A stretch of DNA of 32,000 nucleotides from contig OZ246420.1 in NCBI GenBank assembly GCA_965231145.1, positions 150,001-182,000 of the forward strand, read 5' to 3'. This stretch comes from Candidatus Saccharimonadota bacterium. Lineage in GTDB: Bacteria; Patescibacteriota; Gracilibacteria; Absconditabacterales; Absconditicoccaceae. The notes beneath the pieces were generated by a model. The model ran no database searches. It was not told the origin of the DNA and was given only the letters and a program-made list of their open reading frames with translations. The translations under genes were made by a program, and so were the position numbers. Below are positions 9,791 through 18,293 of the stretch, in pieces. Each line of letters opens with the position of its first letter. Positions within the stretch are counted from its first letter, which is position 1.

Positions 9791-9819
9791 TTACGAATTA
9801 ACAGTTGCGAATTACGAAT
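9789..9819 (+). repeat. tandem heptamer array AATTACG AATTAAC AGTTGCG AATTACG AAT
   Basis: AATTACGAAT occurs at 9789..9798 and 9810..9819 (21 nt = 3 x 7 apart), starting inside the stop codon of the preceding gene. The same 10-mer recurs at 21208..21217. Confidence 0.5.
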
Positions 9820-9837
9820 ACAATAAGGAGTAAAGGA

Positions 9838-9875
9838 TAGACCTTCCTACTATGGCGGGTCTGTTTTTTATTTTT
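9838..9875 (+). terminator. rho-independent terminator
   Basis: Short stem AGACC (9839..9843) / GGTCT (9858..9862) followed by the T-rich run TTTTTTATTTTT. Confidence 0.45.
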
Positions 9876-9877
9876 GA

Positions 9878-9905
9878 TTGAAAAATGAGTTGCCTTCGCT
9901 ATAAT
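9878..9905 (+). promoter_or_regulatory. sigma70-type promoter for efp
   Basis: TTGAAA (9878..9883), a 16-nt spacer, TATAAT (9900..9905), 39 nt upstream of the efp ATG. Confidence 0.5.
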
Positions 9906-9943
9906 CTGCTGATTATGTTATTTAATTTGTTACTCCGAATACC

Positions 9944-10504
9944 ATGGTAAAGATCGACACGAAAGAGATTAAAAAAGGAACAATCCTCGATATTGATGGA
10001 AATCTCCTCAAAGTCCTTGATACAAGCTTCATGCAAATGCAGCAAAGACAGGGATCATACACATATAAGGTACAAAATATTGTTACAGGAAATGTACAAA
10101 ATATTACGTACAAATCAGGTTCTGTGCTCGATGTGGCCGATGTTACAAGAAAGCATGCGACATTTCTCTACAAAGGTGGTGACACATTTAGCTTTATGGA
10201 AAGCGACAGTGGAGAGATTTATGAACTTCCGCTTTCAACAGTAGGTGAAGAAGTTGCTCCTTATCTCAAGGAAAATATGGATCTTTATCTTGAAATCCAC
10301 GGAGATAATAACGTTCTCAACGTGCTCTTGCCAGCAACGGTGACATATAAAATAGTGTCTACGGTTCCAGGTGTAAGAGGAGACAGAGCTCAGGCAGGGA
10401 AGAAACCTGCGACACTTGAAACAGGTCTTGAAGTGCAGGTTCCTCTTCATAAGAATGAAGGAGATGAAGTAACTATCAATACGCTTACTGGTGAAATAGC
10501 GTAG
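9944..10504 (+). CDS. efp: elongation factor P
   Basis: Uninterrupted 186-aa ORF with an EF-P-like three-domain sequence: KKGTILDIDGNLLKVLD, TFLYKGGDTFSFMESDSGEIYEL, VPGVRGDRAQAGKKPATLETGLEVQVPLHKNEGDEVTINTLTGE. Confidence 0.97.
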   Translation: MVKIDTKEIKKGTILDIDGNLLKVLDTSFMQMQQRQGSYTYKVQNIVTGNVQNITYKSGSVLDVADVTRKHATFLYKGGDTFSFMESDSGEIYELPLSTVGEEVAPYLKENMDLYLEIHGDNNVLNVLLPATVTYKIVSTVPGVRGDRAQAGKKPATLETGLEVQVPLHKNEGDEVTINTLTGEIA

Positions 10505-10535
10505 TTGCTATAGATTAAATCAGAAAATTTCTATG

Positions 10536-10592
10536 AGGTCATAGATGGTAGGTTGTAGGTCATGCTATTACTTATTACCTATGATCTTTTTA
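10536..10592 (+). terminator. heptamer-periodic hairpin terminator after efp
   Basis: AGGTCAT AGATGGT AGGTTGT AGGTCAT GC pairs with ATTA CTTATTA CCTATGATCT using several G-U pairs that form only in the + strand RNA. TTTTTA follows. Confidence 0.65.
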
Positions 10593-10604
10593 TTACATGC
10601 AATC

Positions 10605-12176
10605 ATGATGAAGAAAAAAGCACCAAAAATATTGCAGGATATCCTTATAGAAAGGATAGGCTATGGCGGAGTAGGTATTGCGAGGCATGCTGATGGGCGT
10701 AAGATCCTCGTGTCATGAGGAGTGCTTCCTGGTATGAAAGCTGCTATTACTGTGACAAAGCAGAAGAAAGATTATACAGAAGGAAGACTCTATCATGTGC
10801 AATCATATGATCCCTCTTTTACGTTAGATCCAACTGCAGTTCGTTGTCCGCATTATGTGTTCAATCCGCAGGACGGATTGACTCATGACGGTATGGGCGA
10901 GCATAAGGTTGGCTGTGGAGGATGTAAGTGGCAAATTCTTACGTATGAGAAACAGCTTATCCTTAAGCAGCAAATTGTCAAAGATAGCTTTAGGCATTTG
11001 AGAGACGTAGTTGAAAAGGTTGGCATGAACTCTTTCGTTCCTGCTCCAGAAGTATTCAATTATAGAAACAAGATAGAGTATAGTTTTGGTAAATATATTA
11101 CCAATGAAGGAAATGACAATCAGCATTGGCAGCTTGGTTTTCATAAGCAGTGACAATTTTCTAAAGTCATTGATGTTGATCAATGCTATCTTGTTTCAGA
11201 GGAAGCAACAAAGCTGTATCGTACGCTCAAATCGATGCTGTTAGCATCGGGACTTATCGTCCATGATTCAAAGACACATGTAGGAATTCTTCGTCATCTT
11301 GTGGTGCGTGAAGGAAGAAACACGGGAAATTTTTTGGTCAATCTTAGTGTAGCAGAGGGTCAATTGGCTGAGCTTGGTATGAGCGAAACATGGGAGTCTT
11401 TTAAAAAGGTGCTTGCTGCGGATGAGTATCTGACAAAGACTATTACAAGCTTTGTCATTACGGTAAATGATGGGCTTGCTGATGTTGTACATGGGCAGGA
11501 TATTCATACCTATGAGCTCTGGGGAGAGGGACATATGTATGAGAAACTCATATTCAATTCACAAATCACAGAGCACAATTCACAATGAAATGAGGATGAA
11601 AATAATACTATAGAAGCGAGTTTCCGTGTGTCGCCATTTTCTTTTTTCCAAACGAATACTCTTGGTGCGCAAAGGCTATTCCAAACAGCAATGGATGCGG
11701 TAGGCAAGGTTGATGGGCATATCTTAGATCTTTACTGCTGAACAGGAACTATCGGTATAAGTTTCCTGAAGGCGGGGATGTGAGATAAAGTATTTGGTAT
11801 TGAAATAGTACCTGATGCTATTGTCGATGCTGTATGGAATGCAAAGATCAATGGTCTCGCAGAGCAGACATACTTTGTTGCATGAAAAGCAGAAGATCTT
11901 ATATCTCGTGATGAGTACATTGCGAGGCATCTTGAAAAGATGCAGCTCGTGATAGTAGATCCACCTCGTGATGGGCTCCATAAAACAGTCGTGGAGTTTC
12001 TTCTCAATCTGAAAAAAAATCATAATTTCACATTGCTCTATATTTCGTGTAATCCTGTAACTATGGCACGCGATATAGAACTTCTTGCTGGAGAGCATTA
12101 TGCGTTACAATCGCTGCAACCTGTTGATATGTTTCCGCATACACATCATGTAGAGATGGTGGGAGTTTTGCGCTAA
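10605..12176 (+). CDS. RumA/RlmD-type 23S rRNA (uracil-C5)-methyltransferase with TRAM domain and Fe-S cysteines
   Basis: Fragments 10722.., 11235.. and 11940.. share one frame from ATG 10605, with 6 in-frame TGAs. Features are the TRAM-like IERIGYGGVGIARH, the cysteine cluster CPHY...GCGGCKWQ, SPFSFFQTN, the SAM motif LDLYC(G)TGTIGISF (TGA at 11739), DPPRDGL and ISCNPVT. Stop is TAA at 12174..12176. Confidence 0.92.
11556..11596 (+). repeat. in-frame 41-nt heptamer-array element inside the rlmD-like CDS (copy A)
   Basis: AATTCAC AAATCAC AGAGCAC AATTCAC AATGAAATGAGGA encodes NSQITEHNSQ(G)NE. It is 35/41 identical to 17845..17885 in the unrelated DUF58 gene, in the same reading frame and with the same in-frame TGA. 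Confidence 0.7.
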
Positions 12177-12329
12177 GTAAATGATTCTTGTCAATATGCT
12201 TTCCCATAACCTTTTCAACAGTCCTTGCTTAACTTAGCATGTAAGAGCACTTTACTATTGCATATTCATCTCTTATCGCTAATCTGCAGAAAATATATTT
12301 GTTATTTTATTCGTTACTTTGCTGTTTAG

Positions 12330-12899
12330 ATGAAAGTTACAAAAAAAGCGTTTACGCTTATAGAGATGCTCATCGTGATCGTCATTATCGGTATCCTTGC
12401 TGCTGCTCTTATTCCAAGACTTCTGTCTGTACAGGGGAGAGCGAGAGACACAAAACGTAAAGCAGATCTTCAACAGATTGGTTCTGCGCTTGCGATCTAC
12501 AAAATTGATAATTCTTCATTTCCTGCAGGTTCAGGTAGTGTGTTTGCTATACTTGTTCCACTCATTAGTGGATATGTAACGGCAACTCCAAACGATCCTG
12601 TTAATACTTCATCTGCTGCCGGAGATATCCAATGATCTTATTCAACAGGTTATGGGTATATTGGCCTTGTAAGAGCTGGTATAGCAAACAACTGATCAGC
12701 ACTATTCGCCCAGACAGAAGGTGACGGTGCAAGTTCAAATATGGTTGGTACAGGTATGACTGCTGCTACTGATGCCGGATACATCGATGGTATCGTTGCT
12801 GGATGTGGAGGTAAGGTGGCGAGAGCTGCAGCCTTCTCGTGGGATCCGGGTGATTGTACATCTACGACAAGTGGATTTAGATACTACTACGTTCAGTAG
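12330..12899 (+). CDS. type IV pilin / pseudopilin with prepilin-type N-terminal methylation domain
   Basis: The N-terminus MKVTKKAFTLIEMLIVIVIIGILAAALIP is the class III signal (cleavage before FTLIE, Glu+5). Two in-frame TGAs are at 12633 and 12693. A C-terminal Cys pair (GCGG...GDCTS) is present. Stop is TAG at 12897..12899. Confidence 0.85.
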
Positions 12900-12918
12900 T
12901 CTATGAAATACAGATAAT

Positions 12919-12949
12919 AAAAAAGTCTCTCATCGTGAGAGACTTTTTT
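12919..12949. terminator. bidirectional rho-independent terminator between convergent genes
   Basis: Perfect 9-bp stem AGTCTCTCA (12924..12932) / TGAGAGACT (12936..12944) flanked by an A-run on the left and a T-run on the right. Confidence 0.8.
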
Positions 12950-12964
12950 GTAGAGAGAAAATAA

Positions 12965-13513
12965 TTATTTGTCGATAAGCGCCTCGATAGCGGCAGAGTT
13001 GTTTTCTTCGGATGCGTTAACAATGATAGACATTTCATTACCAATGTTACCCTTGAAGAAGCTAACAGCAGCCTGATTGAGGCTGTATGTCTTTCCTTCT
13101 TCTGTGAGAGCAATAAACTTCCCTTCTTCTGTCTTAGAAAGCTTTGCTTTTACATACTTTCTTGGCGCTGGAGCGATAAGCTTATAAACGAGCTTTCCGT
13201 CTTCCATGATTCTGAGCTTTAACATATCACCAGGGATGAGTTTTGTCTTGCTCGCATAGTTCATAGGTACAGGATAAATTTTTCCATCCCCTCACTGCAT
13301 AAAATTACCATCAAAACTACCTTCTACTACTTTGATGTTTTCACCTTCTTCTGTAGCTTCTGTAGCAGATTGCTTTGGAGCAGCAGCATCAGCGATGCTT
13401 ACCCCCTGATCTCCATAAAGCTTTTGGATCAATGCTCTTGCTTTCACTGCATCATTTTCGATTTTACTGAGCAGGTGCAAAAGTGTTGTAAGGGTCTCAT
13501 TTTGTTTATCCAT
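12965..13513 (-). CDS. hypothetical protein
   Basis: ORFs 13292..13513 and 12965..13264 share one frame joined by TGA at 13292..13294: ...EGSFDGNFMQ(G)GDGKIYPVPMNYASKTKLIPGDMLKLRIMEDGKLVYKLI... It is 182 aa with an acidic N-terminal half and a beta-rich C-terminal half. Family not recognised. Confidence 0.65.
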
Positions 13514-13612
13514 CGTTATGTTTAACTAGAATATAAAGTTACATAGTAAATTATAAGAGTTTTCTGGGAAAAAGCAAAAAAATCTTAGAGTGGTTTTGTA
13601 TTGCATTCAGCC

Positions 13613-13661
13613 CGGTGTTTCGTACATTTTTCGGTATATGCACACGGTGTTTCACTATAAT
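13613..13661 (+). promoter_or_regulatory. direct repeats CGGTGTTTC x2 plus a -10-like TATAAT in a divergent intergenic region
   Basis: CGGTGTTTC occurs at 13613..13621 and 13645..13653 (32 nt apart). TATAAT at 13656..13661 lies 20 nt upstream of the ATG at 13681. Confidence 0.3.
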
Positions 13662-13680
13662 TTACCTCTTACATAACGCT

Positions 13681-14130
13681 ATGGTTTTCTATTTTATCCT
13701 CATATTTCTTTTGGGTGGATGAGTTGGGTATCTGATCTTTTTTGTCAGATATGAACATAGAGGATTGATTGATGAACTTAGAGATAACTTTCAGGAACAA
13801 AAGAAAATCCTTGATAACGTCCAGCATGATGCGCAGGAACATCTTCAGCAGAATATCATCCTCAAAGAGAAGGTGACAGAACTTATGACAAAAAATGATG
13901 ATCTTTCAAGGATTGTCTCAGAGCTCAGCAGGTATTACTACCACCTCAAGCTTGGAGCAGAAAAGGCTTCTGAGCTGGAGAAGATCCTTCATATCTTTGA
14001 TAAGGACATAGAAGATAAGATGAAATATACTCTCGGAGAGAGGATACTGGAAAGTATCAATGAAGAGAAAAAAGAAGTTTCACACGCAGAGAAGAAGCCT
14101 GTTATGATAGCGGGAACGAAGAAACGATAA
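13681..14130 (+). CDS. hypothetical N-terminally membrane-anchored coiled-coil protein
   Basis: The ATG at 13681 extends ORF 13765..14130 through TGA at 13720. MVFYFILIFLLGG(G)VGYLIFFV is the TM anchor, followed by a heptad-rich charged region (DELRDNFQEQKKILDNVQHDAQEHLQQNIILKEKVTELMTKNDDL). TAA stop. Confidence 0.6.
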
Positions 14131-14204
14131 TTCTCAATTTGAAATGTTGAATGTTAAATGAAAATAACAATATATTCAACGCTTAACATTTGTCATTTAA
14201 CATT
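14131..14204 (+). repeat. heptamer-periodic hairpin, TTCTCAATT family, copy 1
   Basis: It starts directly after the TAA stop: TTCTCAATTTGAAATG TTGAATG TTAAATG AAAATAA... AATGTTAAATGA (14150..14161) pairs perfectly with TCATTTAACATT (14193..14204). The first 19 nt including the stop match 17524..17542 at 17/19. Confidence 0.55.
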
Positions 14205-14214
14205 ATAAGCTAAT

Positions 14215-14829
14215 ATGAGTTATAGAAAAACAAAGATACCTGTTGTGTCGAGTAAGGAAGGATACAACGACGCGGCTGCCCTCTATAAGTCGTTTCATAA
14301 AGAGCTGGCGACGTATGATAAAGGATTGTTTCAAAGATTTCTGCCGAGAGAAATAACAGGTATGTCGGTTTTAGATATTGGTGCTGGTGATAGTAGGCTG
14401 TATAAGTATTTTATGGATAGACAGGTTCGCTATGTTGCTATGGATGTAGCAGAAAGGCTTCTCAAGCGTTCGCCGTCGCGTGTGGAAAAAGTAGTGGCAG
14501 ATGCAGAAGAGGTATGGCCTTTTGAAGATGAAACATTTGATATAGAGCTTTGTTTCTTTGTCCTGCTTCATATCAGCGATATAAGACATTTTTTCAAAGA
14601 AGCCTATAGAACACTGCGTTCAGGCGGTAAAATTATTGTGCTTCAGAACTATCAAAGACGCAGTTATGAGTTTGAGTTGCCAGGCAAAAAGAAATACAAG
14701 ATAGAAGATCGGTCTCATAGTCACAATGAGATCATGAAAGCAGGTGAAAAAGCATTTTTCACTTGAGAGTATCTGCCTCTTGTAGAAAAGGAAAACCAGA
14801 TCGGAATGCTGTACTGTTTTACTAAATAG
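14215..14829 (+). CDS. class I SAM-dependent methyltransferase
   Basis: Motif I is VLDIGAGDSRL, followed by an acidic post-I residue (AMDV), LCFFVLLHI and GGKIIV. The TGA at 14764 is read through to TAG at 14827..14829. Confidence 0.85.
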
Positions 14830-14830
14830 A

Positions 14831-14890
14831 TGAAAGATTAGAGGGCAAAGTTAAAAAGGTACCTTGTTTAATTCTGCTCTCTGCTCTTTC
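14831..14890 (+). terminator. heptamer-periodic hairpin after the methyltransferase gene
   Basis: TGAAAGATTAGAGGGCAAAGTTAAAAAGGT (14831..14860) pairs with ACCTTGTTTAATTCTGCTCTCTGCTCTTTC (14861..14890) around a GTAC apex, followed by ACCTTTTAG. The 3' arm contains CTGCTCT CTGCTCT. Confidence 0.6.
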
Positions 14891-14979
14891 ACCTTTTAGT
14901 TTATTAGTTGTCACAGATAGTTGTAATTTGCGTTAGTAAGTATATGCTAGAGGGGTCATTTTGGTAACTATGCTTGAGT

Positions 14980-15549
14980 ATGAAACAATATGATAAAGCA
15001 TTTTTAAAAAAATTACAGCAGCGCGAAGATACTGCTTTTACGATACTGTACAATGATACCGTTGATACTTTTTTCCGTTATTTGAAGACAACATACTTTC
15101 TTGATGAGAGTGAAATAGATGATCTTATTTCATCGTTTTATGTGAAGCTTTGGGAAAATCTTAAACGTCTAGATGTGAATGCGTCACTGAGTGGATGGAT
15201 GCGAACCATCTTTAAGAACCTTACGAAGGACTACTTCAAGGCGCATAGAGCAACTCATTTTAGTCAGATGAGTTCGTGAGCGGGTGATGATGAATGAGTA
15301 TCAACGTTTGAGGAAAATATTTCTTCAGAGATTGATGTATCAGAAATGTTTTCTGTAAGTTGGGAATATGAAAAAATTGTTGCAGGTATTGATGCGTTGG
15401 AAGGAGATTATAAAGAAGTGCTCTACCTGAAATATGTAGAAGAAAAATCATATGAAGAAATTGCTGCTATATTGAAAAGCACAGAGCAAACTATTAGGCA
15501 GAAAGTCTCAAGATGACTTAAAAAACTCAAGAGTGGGCTTTCTTCGTAG
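14980..15549 (+). CDS. sigma-70 family RNA polymerase sigma factor (two-domain, ECF-like)
   Basis: There are three in-frame TGAs. The region 2-like segment is FFRYL...SSFYVKLWENLKRLD...WMRTIFKNLTKDYFK. The region 4 HTH is YLKYVEEKSYEEIAAILKSTEQTIRQKVSR(G)LKKLK. ATG at 14980 is preferred over TTG at 14974. Stop is TAG at 15547..15549. Confidence 0.85.
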
Positions 15550-15679
15550 CATCGAACATCATGATTATTTTTCATTTTGTCAACAGCAACTTGGTCTTGA
15601 TTGGCTTGAAAGACCTTAAAATGGCTTTGTAGAGCTATTTTATAATTTCTTTGTGCAACCCCGTTTTATGATAAATCTC

Positions 15680-15707
15680 TTGAAAACGGGTTGGTATCGC
15701 CTATATT
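15680..15707 (+). promoter_or_regulatory. sigma70-type promoter for the HU gene
   Basis: TTGAAA (15680..15685), a 16-nt spacer, TATATT (15702..15707), 36 nt upstream of the ATG at 15743. The -35 lies in the 3' arm of the stem AACCCCGTTTT / AAAACGGGTT (about 15657..15692). Confidence 0.45.
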
Positions 15708-15742
15708 GTGAGGGTCTTTATTTCTTATTGTTAGATCACAAC

Positions 15743-16018
15743 ATGACTAAGACACAACTGATTGCACACCTTGCATCAAAGCTCGGAATCTCTAAGAGAC
15801 TCGCTAACGACGCTCTTAACGTACTTATCGATGGAATCATCGCTTCTGTAAAGAAGGGTAATGAAGTAAGAGTACAAGGATTCGGAACTTTCAAATCTTC
15901 TAAGAGAGCTGCAAGAACTGGTGTTAATCCAAGAAACCCATCTGAAAAAATCAAGATCCCTGCAATGAAAGTTGTTTCTTTCAAGGCTGGTGCTGATTTC
16001 AAAAAGGCAGTGAGATAG
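15743..16018 (+). CDS. hup: HU family DNA-binding protein
   Basis: MTKTQLIAHLASKLGISKRLANDALNVLIDGIIASVKKGNEVRVQGFGTFKSSKRAARTGVNPRNPSEKIKIPAMKVVSFKAGADFKKAV is a canonical HU/IHF fold sequence including the RNP arm. Confidence 0.95.
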   Translation: MTKTQLIAHLASKLGISKRLANDALNVLIDGIIASVKKGNEVRVQGFGTFKSSKRAARTGVNPRNPSEKIKIPAMKVVSFKAGADFKKAVR

Positions 16019-16046
16019 TATATTATTATACAAAATCGCGCGCTTT

Positions 16047-16079
16047 TCTCTCTCTCCGCAAGGAGAGGGAGTTTTTTTA
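16047..16079 (+). terminator. rho-independent terminator after the HU gene
   Basis: Stem CTCTCTCTCC (16048..16057), loop GCAA, GGAGAGGGAG (16062..16071), then T7. Confidence 0.8.
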
Positions 16080-16200
16080 TAAAAAAATATCTATTCAATC
16101 TTGTTTACGAGTGATTGTCTTGCAACGCCTGGAAAAAATGATACAACCAGATATCTTTAGAAAATACTGAATTATTCTCTTTATTATTCTGGTTTTTTTG

Positions 16201-17526
16201 ATGAAAGAGCTATTGAAAAAGGTAACGATGTATGATCGCTGGTTTCCGTACTTTTCTGAAACGTATGTCTATAAGATGATCAAAACGCTTAGTGCAAAGT
16301 GGGCGGTTTTTGTACATGGGAATCCATCGCAGGGGATGTTTATTATTGGAGTAACAGGTACTGATGGAAAGACGACGACATGTAATCTCATCCATAAGAT
16401 CGTCAACGATAATCTCGGTAAAGCGATATTAATCTCGACAGCAAATATTAAGATAGGGGACGAGGAAAAGTTCAATCATTACAAAATGACATCGCTTGAA
16501 CCGGCTCATCTGCAGGCACTTCTTGCTGAGGCAAAACATCAAGGTTGTGCGTATGCAGTTCTTGAGGTTGCATCCCATGGTATTTCGCAAAACAGATTTG
16601 CAGGAGTCGAGTTCGATATGGCTGTCCTGACCAATATAACTCCGGAGCATCTCGATTATCATAAAACTTTTGAATCATATGTGAACACGAAAAAGAAGCT
16701 CTTTCAAGGCGTTCTGAAGAATAAGAAACCTGTAAAATACGCAGTCTTTCCTAAAGATGATGAGAGTGGTCGTCAGTGGGAGGAAGATATGAATTTCGAT
16801 AACTATCTTAGTTATTCACTCGTTGCTTCATCGTCACTGAAGGGTGAAAATGTCGAACTCAGTAGTGATAAAACAACCTTTTCTTTCTGATATCTTGGTA
16901 ACAATTACACCGTAGCGCTTCCGCTTCTTTGAAGATATAATGTGTACAATGCTCTTGCTGCATCAAGTGTAGGTCTGCTTCTTGGGCTTGAACCTAACGC
17001 GATTATCTCATCGCTTCAATCATTTCATGGAGTAAGCGGGCGTATGCAGAAGATCACCCATGGTGGAGTGAACTACTTTATTGATTTTGCTCATACACCG
17101 AACGCGCTCGACAGCGCCGTGACTTTTGTGAAAACAATCACGAGCTGAAGAACTATTCTCGTATTTGGTGCGCCAGGGAAGAGAGACGTCTTTAAGCGTC
17201 CGGAGATGTGACGTATTGCCGATAAGAAAGCAGATATTGTTATCGTTACCGATGATGATGCTGATAGTGAAAATCGTGTAACTATTATAGCAGATATAGT
17301 GGCTGGCATCAGCAGGAGTGAATGAGAAAACTTTTTCATTCTTCCAGAAAGAGAGTTTGCGCTTCGTATGGCGGTAGACCTTGCTCAGCCTTGAGATAAT
17401 GTGCTTATTGCAGGGAAGTGACATGAGCAGGTACAGTATACCAATTTTGGAAAGAGAAAATGGAATGATGTTAGTAAACTTACGGACATATTAACCGAAA
17501 AAGCAGAGAGCGAAGAGCAAAATTAA
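16201..17526 (+). CDS. murE: Mur ligase, MurE-type (UDP-MurNAc-tripeptide synthetase) with a very short N-terminal domain
   Basis: One frame with 7 in-frame TGAs. Features are the P-loop GVTGTDGKTTT, EVASHG, LTNITPEHLDYH, (G)RYNVYNALAA, GVSGRMQ, IDFAHTPNAL, VFGAPGKRDVFKRPEM(G)RIA, VTDDDADSE and IAGK(G)HE (TGA at 17419). Only about 50 aa precede the P-loop. Stop is TAA at 17524..17526. Confidence 0.9.
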
Positions 17527-17588
17527 TTCTCAATTCGAAACGCTCAATTCTCAATTGTATTGAGCACTGAGAATTTAGCATTTAGAAT
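17526..17588 (+). repeat. heptamer-periodic hairpin, TTCTCAATT family, copy 2 (after murE)
   Basis: ATTCTCA ATTCGAA ACGCTCA ATTCTCA AT (17526..17555), loop TGT, ATTGAGC ACTGAGA ATTTAGC ATTTAGAAT (17559..17588). Heptad periodicity already starts in the murE C-terminal codons (GCAGAGA GCGAAGA GCAAAAT). Confidence 0.55.
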
Positions 17589-17598
17589 ACTACAAGAA

Positions 17599-18267
17599 AT
17601 GTTGGACTATTTTCTGAAGATCAAAAAACTGCTATGAGTTCGTGGCAACGGGCAATTTTCTTCGTTGTTTCATGGTGCTGGAGTAGATATTGCCGAAAAT
17701 AGACAATACTCGACATGAGATGAAAAGCGCTCTATTAACCGGAAAATGTCAGCAAAGTACGACCAGATGTTTGTAAATTTGTTCCATGAGGAAAAAGCGA
17801 TAGATGTGTATGTGTGTTGCGATATTAACTATAATTGGAGATACAAAGCACAAATCACAAAGCACAGGTCACAATGAAATAAGGAGTTATTCGCTACTTT
17901 CTTTGCGGAGCTCACGTCGTATTTTCAGGAGAAAAAAGCTCATATTACATGATGGCTAGGTGAAGAGATCTTTTTGTCGCTCGAGAAACCTGTAAGTCAA
18001 AAGGGGTTTCTCGAGGCATGCGACAAAAAAATCGGACGTGCGCTGCCTCTCTATACTTCTAAGCTTTGATCTTTGCTTGCTCAGCAGCGCGCGGTAGCTA
18101 AGAAAAGACTTATTATCATCGTTTCAGACTTTCTCAGCTATGGTGAAGAAGAAAAGCGTCAGGTGAATGTGCTTCGTCAGAAGCATGAGGTTATACTATT
18201 ACGTATGCCGATGGATGAGAAGAAAGTGTCGGCTGATATGCTATCATTGGAAGTTTTTTGAGTATAA
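17599..18267 (+). CDS. DUF58 domain protein (vWA-like, Bat/MoxR-associated family)
   Basis: ATG at 17599 and 6 in-frame TGAs. The DUF58 core reads FHGAGVDIAENRQYST(G)DEKRSINRKMSAKYDQMFVNLFHEEKAIDVYVCCDI, then LIIIVSDFL. The final TGA at 18259 is read through to TAA at 18265..18267. Confidence 0.85.
17845..17885 (+). repeat. in-frame 41-nt heptamer-array element inside the DUF58 CDS (copy B)
   Basis: AAAGCAC AAATCAC AAAGCAC AGGTCAC AATGAAATAAGGA encodes KAQITKHRSQ(G)NK and is 35/41 identical to 11556..11596. Confidence 0.7.
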
Positions 18268-18289
18268 AAAAACTCTATCTTTGATAGAG
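18265..18289 (-). terminator. rho-independent terminator downstream of tRNA-Leu
   Basis: Stem CTCTATC (18273..18279) / GATAGAG (18283..18289). The A7 run at 18266..18272 gives a U-tract on the - strand, immediately 3' of the tRNA. Confidence 0.7.
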
Positions 18290-18293
18290 ATTA

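Noticed and set aside
15274-15301. Possible further heptamer array (TCGTGAG CGGGTGA TGATGAA TGAGTAT) in the sigma-factor linker.
   Set aside because: The periodicity is weak and is driven by the TGA/GAT-rich codons of an acidic Gly-rich linker. It has no similarity to the other element families.
17020-17424. - strand ORFs 17020..17424 and 17091..17339.
   Set aside because: They are antisense to murE, which is supported by multiple Mur-ligase signatures.
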